Shown one piece after another: positions 39,099 to 49,262 of a stretch of 64,000 bases of DNA. Source of the DNA: Armatimonadota bacterium (GTDB lineage Bacteria > Armatimonadota > HRBIN16); contig OY781964.1 in the NCBI GenBank assembly GCA_963677485.1, positions 3,648,001 through 3,712,000 on the forward strand. The letters run 5' to 3'. The notes beneath the pieces are model-generated. The model was not told the DNA's origin, searched no databases, and saw only the letters and a list, made by a program, of their open reading frames with translations. Position 1 is the first letter of the stretch. Each line of letters starts with the position of its first letter. A program made the position numbers and the translations under genes.

Positions 39099-40295
39099 AT
39101 GAAATTCGATTGGATAGATGGTGCTGTGACCGCTCCCAAGGGCTTTTCGGCCTGCGGAGTGCGCTGCGGCTTGAAACAGGCTGGTCCCGACCTGGCCCTT
39201 ATATATAGTGAACGAGCCGATACCACCGTGGCCGGCGTGTTCACGCAGAATCAAGCGTGCGCCGCCAGCGTGCGCTTCAGCCAACTGGTGGTGGAGGGCG
39301 GCAAAGCCCAGGCGATCGTGGCGAATGCAGGCAACGCGAACGCCTTGACCGGTGAGCAGGGCTTTGTGGCCAACGCGGCCATGGCGCAGCGAGCCGCAGA
39401 GCTCCTTGGGATTAGCCCTCGGGCGGTGATCACCGCCAGTACCGGCGTCACCGGACAGTTGCTGCCGCTGGAGAAAATCCAGGCGGGGCTTGCACTCGCC
39501 GTACCCGAGCTAAGTGAAGAAGGCGGAGCGGACGCGGCGGAAGCAATCCGCACCACAGACACTTACGCCAAGCGCGAAGCGATTGTGATGCATCTGCCCG
39601 AAGGTGATGTGCGACTGGGAGCGATCTGCAAGGGATCCGGGATGATCGCGCCGAATATGGCTACGATGCTTTGCTTCATCACCACAGATGCCATCATCAC
39701 GGCCTCGCGGCTGCAGCAGTGCCTGCGCGATGCGGTGGAGCGCAGCTTCAACTGCGTGACGGTGGACGCGGACACCAGCACGAACGACATGCTGGTGGTG
39801 TTGGCCAATGGCGCGAGCGGTGTGGACGTGAACCGCTACATGAACGAGTTCCAACTGGCGCTTGAGGCTCTCTGCGTGAAGCTGGCCCGGCAGATGGCTG
39901 CCGACGGTGAAGGCGCTACCAAGCTGGTGGAGATCGTGGTGCAGGGTGCCAGAACATACTCAGAGGCGCGTGTGGTGGGCAAGACCATCGGCGAGTCGAT
40001 GCTGGTGAAGACGGCACTGTTCGGCAACGATCCCAACTGGGGGCGAATCCTGGCGGCCGCGGGTCGCAGCGGAGTGGAGCTTGATATCGACCGGGTGGCG
40101 ATCTCCATGGCGGGTACGCCGGTGTGTGCTTACGGTCAGCCGGTGCCCTTTGATGCCCCTGCGGTGAGTGACGCCATGAAGGCCAAGGAGCTGCCCATCG
40201 TGGTAGAGCTTGGGCTGGGCACGGAGAGCTGCACCGTGTGGACATGTGACCTTAGCTACGAGTATGTTCGAATCAACGCGGAATACCATACCTAA
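39099..40295 (+). CDS. argJ: Glutamate N-acetyltransferase/ornithine acetyltransferase ArgJ
   Basis: KGSGMIAPNMATML autocleavage motif, DTSTND, DGEGATK, DPNWGRI, YVRINAEYHT. Confidence 0.96.
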   Translation: MKFDWIDGAVTAPKGFSACGVRCGLKQAGPDLALIYSERADTTVAGVFTQNQACAASVRFSQLVVEGGKAQAIVANAGNANALTGEQGFVANAAMAQRAAELLGISPRAVITASTGVTGQLLPLEKIQAGLALAVPELSEEGGADAAEAIRTTDTYAKREAIVMHLPEGDVRLGAICKGSGMIAPNMATMLCFITTDAIITASRLQQCLRDAVERSFNCVTVDADTSTNDMLVVLANGASGVDVNRYMNEFQLALEALCVKLARQMAADGEGATKLVEIVVQGARTYSEARVVGKTIGESMLVKTALFGNDPNWGRILAAAGRSGVELDIDRVAISMAGTPVCAYGQPVPFDAPAVSDAMKAKELPIVVELGLGTESCTVWTCDLSYEYVRINAEYHT

Positions 40296-40330
40296 AATTT
40301 CTGAGTAAACCCATAGGGAGGCTGTTATCT

Positions 40331-41245
40331 ATGAATGTAACCACAGTTGAGTATGCAGGCTGGAAAAACTGTCTGCGGGTTGAGAACGGCGAGGTCGAAC
40401 TGATCATCACCACGGATGTGGGCCCGCGAATCATCCACTTTGGCTTCATTGGCGGCGCCAATGAGTTTGTGGTATTCGAGGACTCGAAGGGCAAAACCGG
40501 CGGTGACGAGTGGCGTGGCTACGGCGGTCACCGTCTGTGGCATGCTCCGGAGGAGAACCCGCGAACCTACTCATCGGATAACTCGCCGGTGGAGTGGAAG
40601 CTGGAAGACAACATGCTGCACATCAAGCAGCCTGTGGAGGCCTCGACGGGCATTCGCAAAGAGATGCTGATCTCGCTGGACGAGAAGCAGAACAAGGTGG
40701 TGGTGGGGCATCTTCTCACGAACACCAATTTGTGGGCCATCGAGCTGGCCCCCTGGGCGCTGTCTATGATGGCTCCCGGCGGCACCTGCATCCTTCCTCA
40801 GGAAGAGTTCGCACCGCAGCCTGAGTCGCTGCTGCCCGCCCGTCCGTTGGTGATGTGGACATACACCAACTTCAGCGATCCGCGCTGGACGCTGGGACCG
40901 AAATACATGCGTCTACGCCAGGATGTGAACCGCAGTGACCCCCAAAAGGCTGGCATCTTGAACACCAAGGGCTGGGCAGGATATAACAACGGCGACCGGC
41001 TGTTCATCAAGAGCTTCCCCTATATCGCCGATGAGACTTATCCCGACTGGGGATGCAACTGCGAGACCTTCACCAACGAGGCCATGCTGGAAGTGGAGAG
41101 CGTGGGCGGTACGGTGAAACTTCAACCCGGCCAGACGGAATTCCACCCGGAGACATGGTGGCTGTTCAAGGGCTTCAAGGCGCCTGAGAGCGACGACCAG
41201 CTTGAGGCCGCGCTTAAACCGCTGCTGGAGAAGGTGCTCGGGTAG
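40331..41245 (+). CDS. Conserved hypothetical protein (galactose mutarotase-like fold, DUF4380-like)
   Basis: DVGPRII, YGGHRLWHAPE, YPDWGCNCE; GGGAGG RBS. Confidence 0.65.
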   Translation: MNVTTVEYAGWKNCLRVENGEVELIITTDVGPRIIHFGFIGGANEFVVFEDSKGKTGGDEWRGYGGHRLWHAPEENPRTYSSDNSPVEWKLEDNMLHIKQPVEASTGIRKEMLISLDEKQNKVVVGHLLTNTNLWAIELAPWALSMMAPGGTCILPQEEFAPQPESLLPARPLVMWTYTNFSDPRWTLGPKYMRLRQDVNRSDPQKAGILNTKGWAGYNNGDRLFIKSFPYIADETYPDWGCNCETFTNEAMLEVESVGGTVKLQPGQTEFHPETWWLFKGFKAPESDDQLEAALKPLLEKVLG

Positions 41246-41267
41246 ATCCGCGCCAAGCATGAAGAAG

Positions 41268-41291
41268 AGGGCATCCTTCGGGATGCCCTTT
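41268..41291 (+). terminator. Hairpin with UUCG tetraloop (probable terminator)
   Basis: agggcatcc-ttcg-ggatgccct followed by a short T run. Confidence 0.55.
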
Positions 41292-41341
41292 ATCGCATAT
41301 ATTGTGGAACATCGTCGATGAATCGATCAGGAGGATACCGG

Positions 41342-43273
41342 ATGAGCGGATGGAGTATTGATATCGCGTGTGACGGGCGAATTACGCTGGCGCATTCCAA
41401 CGGAAGCAAGCTTACGGGCTTGTTACCAAGTGTGACGGTGGCAGGTCAGTGCCACCAACCGGACAGTTTATGGAGTTATGACATCTGGGAGGGCGGAGTC
41501 ACCTACACCCTGCCGGGAGTGATGACACTAAAAACTAGTATCGATATCATTTGTGAAGAATGGCTATCGATTGATACCACCGTAGCCAATACAAGTGCAG
41601 ACCCGCTGCCGCTTGACACCGTTACGGTGTTGTCAGGCCAGTTCCAGGCGCCTGTGCGCTGGGTGCTGCAGAACGGGAATGACATGTGCGGAGACAACGC
41701 GCTGGTGGCCATTCGTGACACGAACTACAGCCGCTCTATGATCGGCTTCACGGATGCCGAGGGCGATTGCGCGATGGTGTTGGGTTTCGTGGAGCTGGGT
41801 GAGGCGTTCAATGAACTCACAACCAAAGGTGTGGATGGACAGCTCTCTGCGATCACCTGCTCTGTGCTGCGGGAGGGCGTCGCGCTGGAACCATCGGAAA
41901 GCCTGACCGTCAGCCCATTGACAATCGGTGCGGGTGAGTCTCTGCGCGGGCTGCTTGCCGAATATACTGAAGCTGTCGCAGAGGGAATGGGTGCCCGAAT
42001 TCCTGACGATATCATGACGGGCTGGTGCAGTTGGTATTACTATTACGGTACCGAGTGCGAAACCGAAGTGATGGAGAACGCGAAGCTGCTGAGCGAGGCG
42101 CCATTTGCCGATGAACTGAAAGTCATTCAGATAGATGATGGCTGGACCTACCCCTCACCGGAGATCGGCCGCGACTGGGGTGACTGGCAGGCGGGATACA
42201 AGTTCCCCAACGGGATGAAGCACACCGCAGATGCTTTGAAGTCGCTGGGCCTGCAGCCGGGACTGTGGCTGGCTCCGTTCAGCGTGATGCCCACCAGTAA
42301 CTTCTACAAGGAACACCCAGACTGGCTGGTTCAAGACCCTGTCAAAGACGAACCCATCATGGCATGGGGCTGTTACGGGATGGACCTGACCAACCCTCGC
42401 ACGCTGGAGTACATCCGGGACACCTTTGTGCGGGTGTTCGACGAGTGGGGATTTGAGTATATCAAGATCGACTTCCTGGTGCATGGCATCATGCCTGGCA
42501 GACGCTATGACCCCAGCCAGACCACCGCACAGGCCTTCCGAACGGCCATGCAGGTGATCCGTGATGTGGCTGGCGACCGGTTCATCTTGAATTGCGGCAG
42601 TCCGATGGGCCCATCGGTGGGCATCGCGGACGCGATGCGGATCGGCTACGACGTGTCCAGCCGTTGGAGCATCCCCATGAATGTCGATGGCTGGCCGAAT
42701 GGCAACTGCGCGGTCAAACCGGCTGCTGTGGCTACCATCTGGCGGCACTGGATGCACAACGCGTGGTGGCAGAACGACCCCGACTGCCTGCAGGTGCGTA
42801 CGCATGGCAGCCCCGGCGAAATCGCCGTGTTCGCCAAGGAGTGGGAAGGTAAGTTCGATGGTAACCCTCCGTATGGCTTGAACGACGAGGAGGCTGGCTG
42901 CTGGCTGCGAATGATCTGGTTTACCGGCGGACTTGTGATGCTCAGCGAGCATCTGGCCGACCTTGAGCCAGAGCGATATGAGCTGCTGCAGAAGCTCTTC
43001 CCGTTGAACAAACGCCCCACCGGCTGGGCCGATTACTACCCCTGCCCGGATGTGGTGGTGATGAAGAGCCTGGACGATGACAATGTGATGGTGGGCGTGT
43101 TCAACATGGGTGACACCCCTGTGCAGTTGACCGTGCCAGCAGATAAACTGGGCCTGTCAGATGAGTGGCACCTCACGGAGTGGCTTGACAATGAGGAGAT
43201 CGCGGGATCGGGCGCGCAGGTTGTGTTCCCCGAGCTGCCCGCCCACGGCGGCCGCATCTGGTTTGCCGGATAA
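41342..43273 (+). CDS. Alpha-galactosidase, GH36 family
   Basis: GWCSWYYY, IQIDDGW, GLWLAPF, YIKIDFL, MRIGYD, WQNDPD; AGGAGG RBS. Confidence 0.88.
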   Translation: MSGWSIDIACDGRITLAHSNGSKLTGLLPSVTVAGQCHQPDSLWSYDIWEGGVTYTLPGVMTLKTSIDIICEEWLSIDTTVANTSADPLPLDTVTVLSGQFQAPVRWVLQNGNDMCGDNALVAIRDTNYSRSMIGFTDAEGDCAMVLGFVELGEAFNELTTKGVDGQLSAITCSVLREGVALEPSESLTVSPLTIGAGESLRGLLAEYTEAVAEGMGARIPDDIMTGWCSWYYYYGTECETEVMENAKLLSEAPFADELKVIQIDDGWTYPSPEIGRDWGDWQAGYKFPNGMKHTADALKSLGLQPGLWLAPFSVMPTSNFYKEHPDWLVQDPVKDEPIMAWGCYGMDLTNPRTLEYIRDTFVRVFDEWGFEYIKIDFLVHGIMPGRRYDPSQTTAQAFRTAMQVIRDVAGDRFILNCGSPMGPSVGIADAMRIGYDVSSRWSIPMNVDGWPNGNCAVKPAAVATIWRHWMHNAWWQNDPDCLQVRTHGSPGEIAVFAKEWEGKFDGNPPYGLNDEEAGCWLRMIWFTGGLVMLSEHLADLEPERYELLQKLFPLNKRPTGWADYYPCPDVVVMKSLDDDNVMVGVFNMGDTPVQLTVPADKLGLSDEWHLTEWLDNEEIAGSGAQVVFPELPAHGGRIWFAG

Positions 43274-43280
43274 CGCAATC

Positions 43281-43493
43281 GTAGGGGCATAGCGTGCGGT
43301 GCCCTGCCCGGGTTCCTAACCGCGGATCGACGCGGATGAACACGGATGGGATGTGTCACGCGAAGGCGCAAGGGGGCATCCCGCTATTCGTGATCGGTCC
43401 GATGACCGGAATGTCTGAACCACGGATTACGCGGATGGCACGGATAGGCTCGGATATGGAGGGAGGCCAATCGGGAGATTGGCGTGCCCAGGG
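43281..43493 (+). repeat. Mosaic REP-like cluster
   Basis: gtaggggcat...gccct; aaccgcggat...cggat units; tgtctgaaccacggattacgcggat (43412); gccaatcgggagattggcgtgccc (43466). Confidence 0.75.
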
Positions 43494-43536
43494 AGGCCGA
43501 AACGCCACAATTGATACAAACAAAGGCAGGATGGAA

Positions 43537-46170
43537 ATGACCAAATACAAAATGCACGTGATCTCGCACACTCACTGGGACAGGGAGTGGTATTACACCT
43601 TCCAGCAGTTTCGGCTGCGGCTGGTAGACCTGGTCGACCATCTGCTGGAAATACTAGACACCGACCCCGAGTTCAAGTATTTCAACTTGGACGGTCAGAC
43701 CATCGTGCTGGAGGACTACCTTGCGATCCGTCCGCAAAACGAGGGTAAGCTCAGAAAATACATTCAGGAAGGCCGGATCCTAGTCGGCCCTTGGTACCAG
43801 TTGAATGACGAAAATCTGGTGAGCGGGGAGTCGACCGTCCGTAGTCTACTGATAGGCCATCGGATCGCCGCCGACTTTGGTGGTGTGATGAAGCTGGGTT
43901 ACCTTCCGGACCAGTTTGGCAACATCTCGCAGATGCCGCAGATATTCCGGGGGTTTGGCATCGATGGAGTGATCTTCGGCCGTGGCCGGCAGATCGCATC
44001 GGCTGATGACAAGATGGAGGCGGTCTGGGTATCACCCGACGGCTCAGAGGTGATCTCATCGCTGATGGCTCACTGGTACAACAACGCCCAGAGGTTCCCA
44101 AACCCCACATTGGCCGCCCTAGCCTACACGGAGCGTATCCGTAACGCTATGGCGCCGATTGCCGCGACACCTTATCTGCTGCTGATGAACGGCGTGGACC
44201 ACCTGGAAGCGCAGCCCGACCTGGGCGATATCCTGCCGCGACTGTCGAAAGTGCTGAAAGATGACGAGATCATCCACTCCACCATGCCGGCCTACATGGA
44301 TGATGTCAAGCACTACATCAAGACACATAACATCGCCCTGCAGCGCGTCCAAGGTGAGCTGCGTGAAGACCGGGGCGGCAGCGTTCTGGCCGGCACACTT
44401 TCGAGCCGGATGTATCTCAAGCAGGCCAACAACCGCTCCGAAACCTGGCTGGAGCGGTATGCGGAGCCGCTGTCGGCATTCTCAATGGCGGTGGGTGGCG
44501 AGTACCATGCCGATATGCTGCGATATGCATGGAAGCTGCTGATGCAAAATCACCCTCATGACTCCATCTGCGGCTGCAGCCTGGATCAGGTTCATGATGA
44601 GATGATGCCGCGCTTTCTGCAGGTCGACCAGATCGCCGATGAGTTGAGCCAGAGGAGCCTGTCGTGTATCGCGTCGCAGATCAACACCGAAGCGGAAAGC
44701 CTGGTGGTGTTCAATACACTGGCTTGGACACGCACCGACAAAGTTGTGGCTCAGATCGACATCCGGCTTGGTGATTTGAGCCGAGGTACCCCGGAAATCG
44801 ACAAGTCACGTGATGTCCATGCCTTTGAGCTATTTGATAGTGATGGCCAGAGCGTGCCCTTCAAACTGCTGCGTAACCAGGTGACCGCCAGGCAGATCAC
44901 CGACCCGCATGAACTACCGATGGCTGTGATGGTGCGGGCGTTTGAGATCGAGTTTATAGCCGCTGAAGTGCCGTCCTGTGGATACAAGAGCTATTCAATC
45001 AAGCCGACACGCCGGTGGCCGGTGGCAAGCCAGAATGCATTCGCGTTCAGCTTTGAGGACAACAGCATCTCCAACGGGTTGTTGACCATCCGCCCCTCCC
45101 ATGGCGGCATCGCAATATACGATGAGAGCGCCTCTTCTGACGATGAGCTCTTCTTTGATGCGTTGGGGATGATTGAAGACGGCGGAGACGTGGGTGATGA
45201 GTATAATTATGTCAATCCGCTGAACGACCGTTTGGTGCTTGACAGCGGCGAGGGCACCATCTCGCTGGTAGACAACAGCCCCGCCTCTATGAGTATCGTG
45301 CGCGATTCCGTCTTGAAGCTGCCGAAGACATCCAATAGCCAGAAGCGAGCTTCGGAGACCGTCGATTGCGCGGTGCGGACCACCTACACGCTCGCCGCAG
45401 GGGCTACTCGGGTGGATGTGGTCACCACTATTGAGAACATGGCTGAGGATCATAGACTGCGTGTGGTGTTCCCGACCGGCGTGGCCAGCGACGTGGCCTA
45501 TGCTGAGATGCCATATGATGTGGTTGCCCGGTCTATCCATGTGCCGGAGGACTGGCATGGAGCATCGAGCTTCTTCCCTCAGCGTCACTGGGTTGACGTG
45601 AATGACGGCGTCCGCGGCTTGACGATCATCAACAAGGGGCTTCCAGAGTATGAAATCTATGACCTCGGCACCAACAGCATCGCTTTGACGCTGCTTCGAT
45701 GTGTTGGTAAGCTCAGCGGCACAGGGGACACCCCCACCGCCATCCCAACGCCAGGTGCGCAGTGCAAGGGCAACAATCGCTTCGAGTATGCGATCTACCC
45801 TCATGCCGGAACATGGCAGCAAGCGCAGGTTTGGCGGCAAGCCCATGCTCACAACGTGCCTATGGCGAGCGTCCAGACGGCTGCACACAGCGGAACACTG
45901 TCCGCATCGCTCAGCTTTATTGAGGTGAGTGAGACAGGGATGGTTGTCACCGCGATCAAGAAGGCGGAAGACAACGGGGCTACTGTGATCAGGCTGTTCA
46001 ACATCCTGGACGAACCGGTCAGCAATGCCAGAGTGCGGCTGCATGGCGCTTCAAAGGCCGCACTGGTAGACCTCAATGAGTGCCATTTGCATGAGCTGGC
46101 GGTCGATGATGGCGGCTGGGTGTCGGTTGATGCCGGTCCGAAGCAGATTGTGAGCATCGCGTTCGAATAG
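43537..46170 (+). CDS. Alpha-mannosidase, GH38 (MngB-like)
   Basis: HTHWDREWY, LDGQ, PDQFG, NGVDH, HPHDSICGCS. The ORF's N-terminal extension is repeat DNA, so the start was trimmed. Confidence 0.92.
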   Translation: MTKYKMHVISHTHWDREWYYTFQQFRLRLVDLVDHLLEILDTDPEFKYFNLDGQTIVLEDYLAIRPQNEGKLRKYIQEGRILVGPWYQLNDENLVSGESTVRSLLIGHRIAADFGGVMKLGYLPDQFGNISQMPQIFRGFGIDGVIFGRGRQIASADDKMEAVWVSPDGSEVISSLMAHWYNNAQRFPNPTLAALAYTERIRNAMAPIAATPYLLLMNGVDHLEAQPDLGDILPRLSKVLKDDEIIHSTMPAYMDDVKHYIKTHNIALQRVQGELREDRGGSVLAGTLSSRMYLKQANNRSETWLERYAEPLSAFSMAVGGEYHADMLRYAWKLLMQNHPHDSICGCSLDQVHDEMMPRFLQVDQIADELSQRSLSCIASQINTEAESLVVFNTLAWTRTDKVVAQIDIRLGDLSRGTPEIDKSRDVHAFELFDSDGQSVPFKLLRNQVTARQITDPHELPMAVMVRAFEIEFIAAEVPSCGYKSYSIKPTRRWPVASQNAFAFSFEDNSISNGLLTIRPSHGGIAIYDESASSDDELFFDALGMIEDGGDVGDEYNYVNPLNDRLVLDSGEGTISLVDNSPASMSIVRDSVLKLPKTSNSQKRASETVDCAVRTTYTLAAGATRVDVVTTIENMAEDHRLRVVFPTGVASDVAYAEMPYDVVARSIHVPEDWHGASSFFPQRHWVDVNDGVRGLTIINKGLPEYEIYDLGTNSIALTLLRCVGKLSGTGDTPTAIPTPGAQCKGNNRFEYAIYPHAGTWQQAQVWRQAHAHNVPMASVQTAAHSGTLSASLSFIEVSETGMVVTAIKKAEDNGATVIRLFNILDEPVSNARVRLHGASKAALVDLNECHLHELAVDDGGWVSVDAGPKQIVSIAFE

Positions 46171-46383
46171 CTGGGAAGGAGTTAGGAGTGTAGGAGGGAA
46201 GGAGACAAGGTATTGGCATCCGACATGTCCTACTCGTCTTACTCGTCTGACATATCCTACTGGTATGGGAGGGCAGCCAGCCCGCTCACACAGGACTGTC
46301 AAGGATAACATCACAGATTGGTTACTATCAGCCAGAAAATGAGGCGTAATGAGGTAATCTATAAGTGACCGAACCCGGTAAGA

Positions 46384-47397
46384 ATGGTGGTATCTCCCTT
46401 GGACAATGAAAATCTTGTGCCTGTAAATGGCCGGTTGCGACGGCTTCGCCGCAACGAAAATCTGCGGCGGATGGTTCGCGAGACCCACGTCAGGATTGAT
46501 GATCTGGTCTATCCTGTGTTTGTGGTGGAGGGCGAAAACCAGAAGCAGCCCATCGAATCAATGCCTGGGCAGTATCGTTGGAGCGTTGACCGCTTGCCAG
46601 AGCTGCTGTCACAAGTGACCAAGGCGGGCATACCCGCTGTATTGCTGTTCGGAATACCTATTCACACTACGCCCACCGGAAAAGGTTGTTTGGATGCGAA
46701 AGGCCCAGTGCCGATGGCGATACACGCTATCCAACAATGGCATCCAGATTTAGTTGTCATCACGGATGTGTGTGTTTGTGCCTACACGGATCATGGGCAT
46801 TGTGGCGTTCTTGATGGTAACCAGATAGACAACGACGCATCGGTCGAGTTGCTTGCGGAGATGGCGCTCATCCACGCGCAGGCGGGAGCTGATGTGGTGG
46901 CTCCCAGTGCCATGATGGATGGACAGATTGCGGCGATACGCCACCGTCTCGACAGTCATGACTTTTTGAACGTCAGCGTGATGGCGTATGCCGCGAAGTT
47001 TGCCAGTGCTTTTTATGGACCCTTCCGCGAGGCGGCGCATTCGGCACCGGCTTTTGGCGATCGTCGCAGTTACCAGATGGATCCCCCTAATGCGCGAGAA
47101 GCGGAGCTGGAGCTTCGTCAGGATGAGTCCGAAGGGGCTGACTGGCTGATGGTGAAACCTGGGCTGGCTTATCTTGATCTGGTGGCGATGGCACGCCGTG
47201 TCACGCAACACCCTGTTGTTGTCTACAACGTCAGCGGCGAATATGCCATGGTGAAGGCGGCTGCTCAGAATGGCTGGATTGATGAACGAAAAGTTGTGAT
47301 GGAGACGATGGTCGCTTTCAAGCGCGCTGGTGCCGATGTCATCATTACATACCATGCCCTGGATGTTGCCAGATGGCTGAAAGGTGAAGAAGAATGA
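46384..47397 (+). CDS. hemB: Porphobilinogen synthase (ALA dehydratase)
   Basis: RLRRLR, CVCAYTDHGHC Zn site, APSAMMDG, YGPFREA, MVKPG, YNVSGEY. Confidence 0.96.
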   Translation: MVVSPLDNENLVPVNGRLRRLRRNENLRRMVRETHVRIDDLVYPVFVVEGENQKQPIESMPGQYRWSVDRLPELLSQVTKAGIPAVLLFGIPIHTTPTGKGCLDAKGPVPMAIHAIQQWHPDLVVITDVCVCAYTDHGHCGVLDGNQIDNDASVELLAEMALIHAQAGADVVAPSAMMDGQIAAIRHRLDSHDFLNVSVMAYAAKFASAFYGPFREAAHSAPAFGDRRSYQMDPPNAREAELELRQDESEGADWLMVKPGLAYLDLVAMARRVTQHPVVVYNVSGEYAMVKAAAQNGWIDERKVVMETMVAFKRAGADVIITYHALDVARWLKGEEE

Positions 47398-48455
47398 GAC
47401 CCCCACACGGAGCTTTTGACCCCACCGAACGGCCAATGATGCTGTATTGGGAATTGACTCGCGCCTGCGAGCTTTCGTGCCGGCACTGCCGCGCAGAGGC
47501 ACAGAAGTCACGGCATCCTGATGAGTTGAGCACCGAAGAGGGTCTGCAGCTCATCAAACAGATCGGGCAGTTTGGTGACCCCTTGCCGCACGTGGTCATC
47601 ACTGGCGGCGATCCGTTGAAGCGGCCCGATCTGTGGGTGTTCATCGACGCTCTGATAGAGCAGGGGATCAGCACCGCCATCACACCCAGCGGAACTTATG
47701 CCATCAACCCTGAGGTAGTGTCGCAGTTCAGGCAGCACGGCATCTGGATGGTCAGTATGAGTATTGATGGCAGCAACCCGGAGCGGCATGATGGCATCCG
47801 ACAGGTGCCTGGCAGCTTCGCACAGACGGTTCAGGCGTGTGAATGGTGCCGTGAGCAGGGACTGCCCATGCAGATGAACACCCTGGTTTGCCAGCAGACC
47901 CTGGATGACCTCCCCATGATCTATGAGCTCATGAAGCAGTTTGGTGCCGCTCGGTGGAGCCTGTTCTTCTTGATTCAAGTAGGGCGTGGTAAGGGTTTGG
48001 AAGAGATCACACCCGCGCAGGCGGAACAGCTCATGCACACTCTGTATGGATGGGCCAAGGAAGGTCCGATGGTCATCAAGACCACAGAGGCACCCTTCTA
48101 CCGGCGGGTGGCTTTGCAAAGTGACCTTCAGAACGAATCGGCTGCAGTGAAGGGCTCCATCAACCGAGGGATGGGCATTCGTGATGGCTGCGGTGTGATG
48201 TTCATTTCGCATCTGGGTGAAGTTTTCCCCAGTGGATTCGTGCCTGTGGTGGCGGGGAATGTGCGCGACAAGAGCCCTGTTGATATCTATCGCGAAGCCG
48301 ATCTGTTCCAAAGACTACGCGACATGAACAACCTGAAGGGTAAATGCGGCCGGTGCTCATATAAGCACCAATGCGGCGGCAGCCGTGCCCGGGCGTTGGC
48401 ATATACAGGCGACGTGCTTGAGAGTGATCCGCTTTGCCCCTATCAGCCGGAGTAA
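47394..48455 (+). CDS. Radical SAM/SPASM protein, NirJ/AhbD-related (TIGR04053-like)
   Basis: WELTRACELSCRHCRA, TGGDP, FPSGF, CGRC...CGGSRARA...DPLC; coupled to hemB. Confidence 0.8.
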   Translation: MRPPHGAFDPTERPMMLYWELTRACELSCRHCRAEAQKSRHPDELSTEEGLQLIKQIGQFGDPLPHVVITGGDPLKRPDLWVFIDALIEQGISTAITPSGTYAINPEVVSQFRQHGIWMVSMSIDGSNPERHDGIRQVPGSFAQTVQACEWCREQGLPMQMNTLVCQQTLDDLPMIYELMKQFGAARWSLFFLIQVGRGKGLEEITPAQAEQLMHTLYGWAKEGPMVIKTTEAPFYRRVALQSDLQNESAAVKGSINRGMGIRDGCGVMFISHLGEVFPSGFVPVVAGNVRDKSPVDIYREADLFQRLRDMNNLKGKCGRCSYKHQCGGSRARALAYTGDVLESDPLCPYQPE

Positions 48456-48458
48456 ATC

Positions 48459-49136
48459 ATGTGCGGTAGATTCACCATGTACGTGAATGATGAGGTGCTG
48501 AAGAGCCTGTATGAACTGACAGACCTGCCCACCATCATGCCCAGGTATAACATCGCCCCAGTGCAGCCAGTAGGGGTCGTGCGAGCTAACCGCGACAGGC
48601 ATGTGCGCGAGTTCCTGTATACGGTCTGGGGACTGATACCCGCATTTGCCAAACAAGCCGACTTTCGGCACGCCTCCATTAATGCCCGAGCGGAGACGGT
48701 GATGGAAAAGGCCAGCTTCCGCAGCAGCTTCCGGCACCATCGCTGTCTGGTCCCCGCTAGTGGATTCTACGAATGGCAGGGGAAACAGCCATACCATTTC
48801 ACGATGGCCGATGGGTCCCCCATGAGCCTCGGAGGGATCACCGCCACATGGTGCAGTGATGATGGGAGTATCCTGGAGACCTGTGCAATCATCACCACAC
48901 AGGCCAATGAACTGATGGCTCCCATACATGACCGAATGCCGGTGATCATTCAGCCAGAACACTTCGAACGCTGGCTTGACCCTGAGATGCAACTACCGAG
49001 GCTGGTGAGCGACTTGCTGGCACCCGTGCCCGCGGAAATGCTTTGTAAACAAGCTGCGAACCCGCTAGTCAACAGTGTGAAGTATGAGGGTGCCGATTTA
49101 CTGGCTCCTGCCCCTATCCAAGGTAGCCTGTTTTAA
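48459..49136 (+). CDS. SOS response-associated peptidase (SRAP/YedK) abasic-site protein
   Basis: MCGRF N-terminus, RYNIAP, INARAET, GFYEW, HDRMP. Confidence 0.92.
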   Translation: MCGRFTMYVNDEVLKSLYELTDLPTIMPRYNIAPVQPVGVVRANRDRHVREFLYTVWGLIPAFAKQADFRHASINARAETVMEKASFRSSFRHHRCLVPASGFYEWQGKQPYHFTMADGSPMSLGGITATWCSDDGSILETCAIITTQANELMAPIHDRMPVIIQPEHFERWLDPEMQLPRLVSDLLAPVPAEMLCKQAANPLVNSVKYEGADLLAPAPIQGSLF

Positions 49137-49262
49137 GCCGATTTCCGTCGATTTCACCGAATTCATGATAAAACGCTTATGAATCGTGACACGAGTGGGT
49201 ATGATTAAGCCATGGTGTCTGTTTTTTAGCGATTACCACACATGAATCGGAGGATCGTACCA

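Noticed and set aside
43294-43536. N-terminal extension of the GH38 ORF
   Set aside because: It translates REP-like repeat DNA; the real protein starts near MTKYKMHVISHTH.
44995-46044. Long antisense ORFs (349 aa here; also 27481-28338, 42155-42952, 47508-48311)
   Set aside because: They are shadows of well-supported genes on the opposite strand in GC-rich coding DNA.
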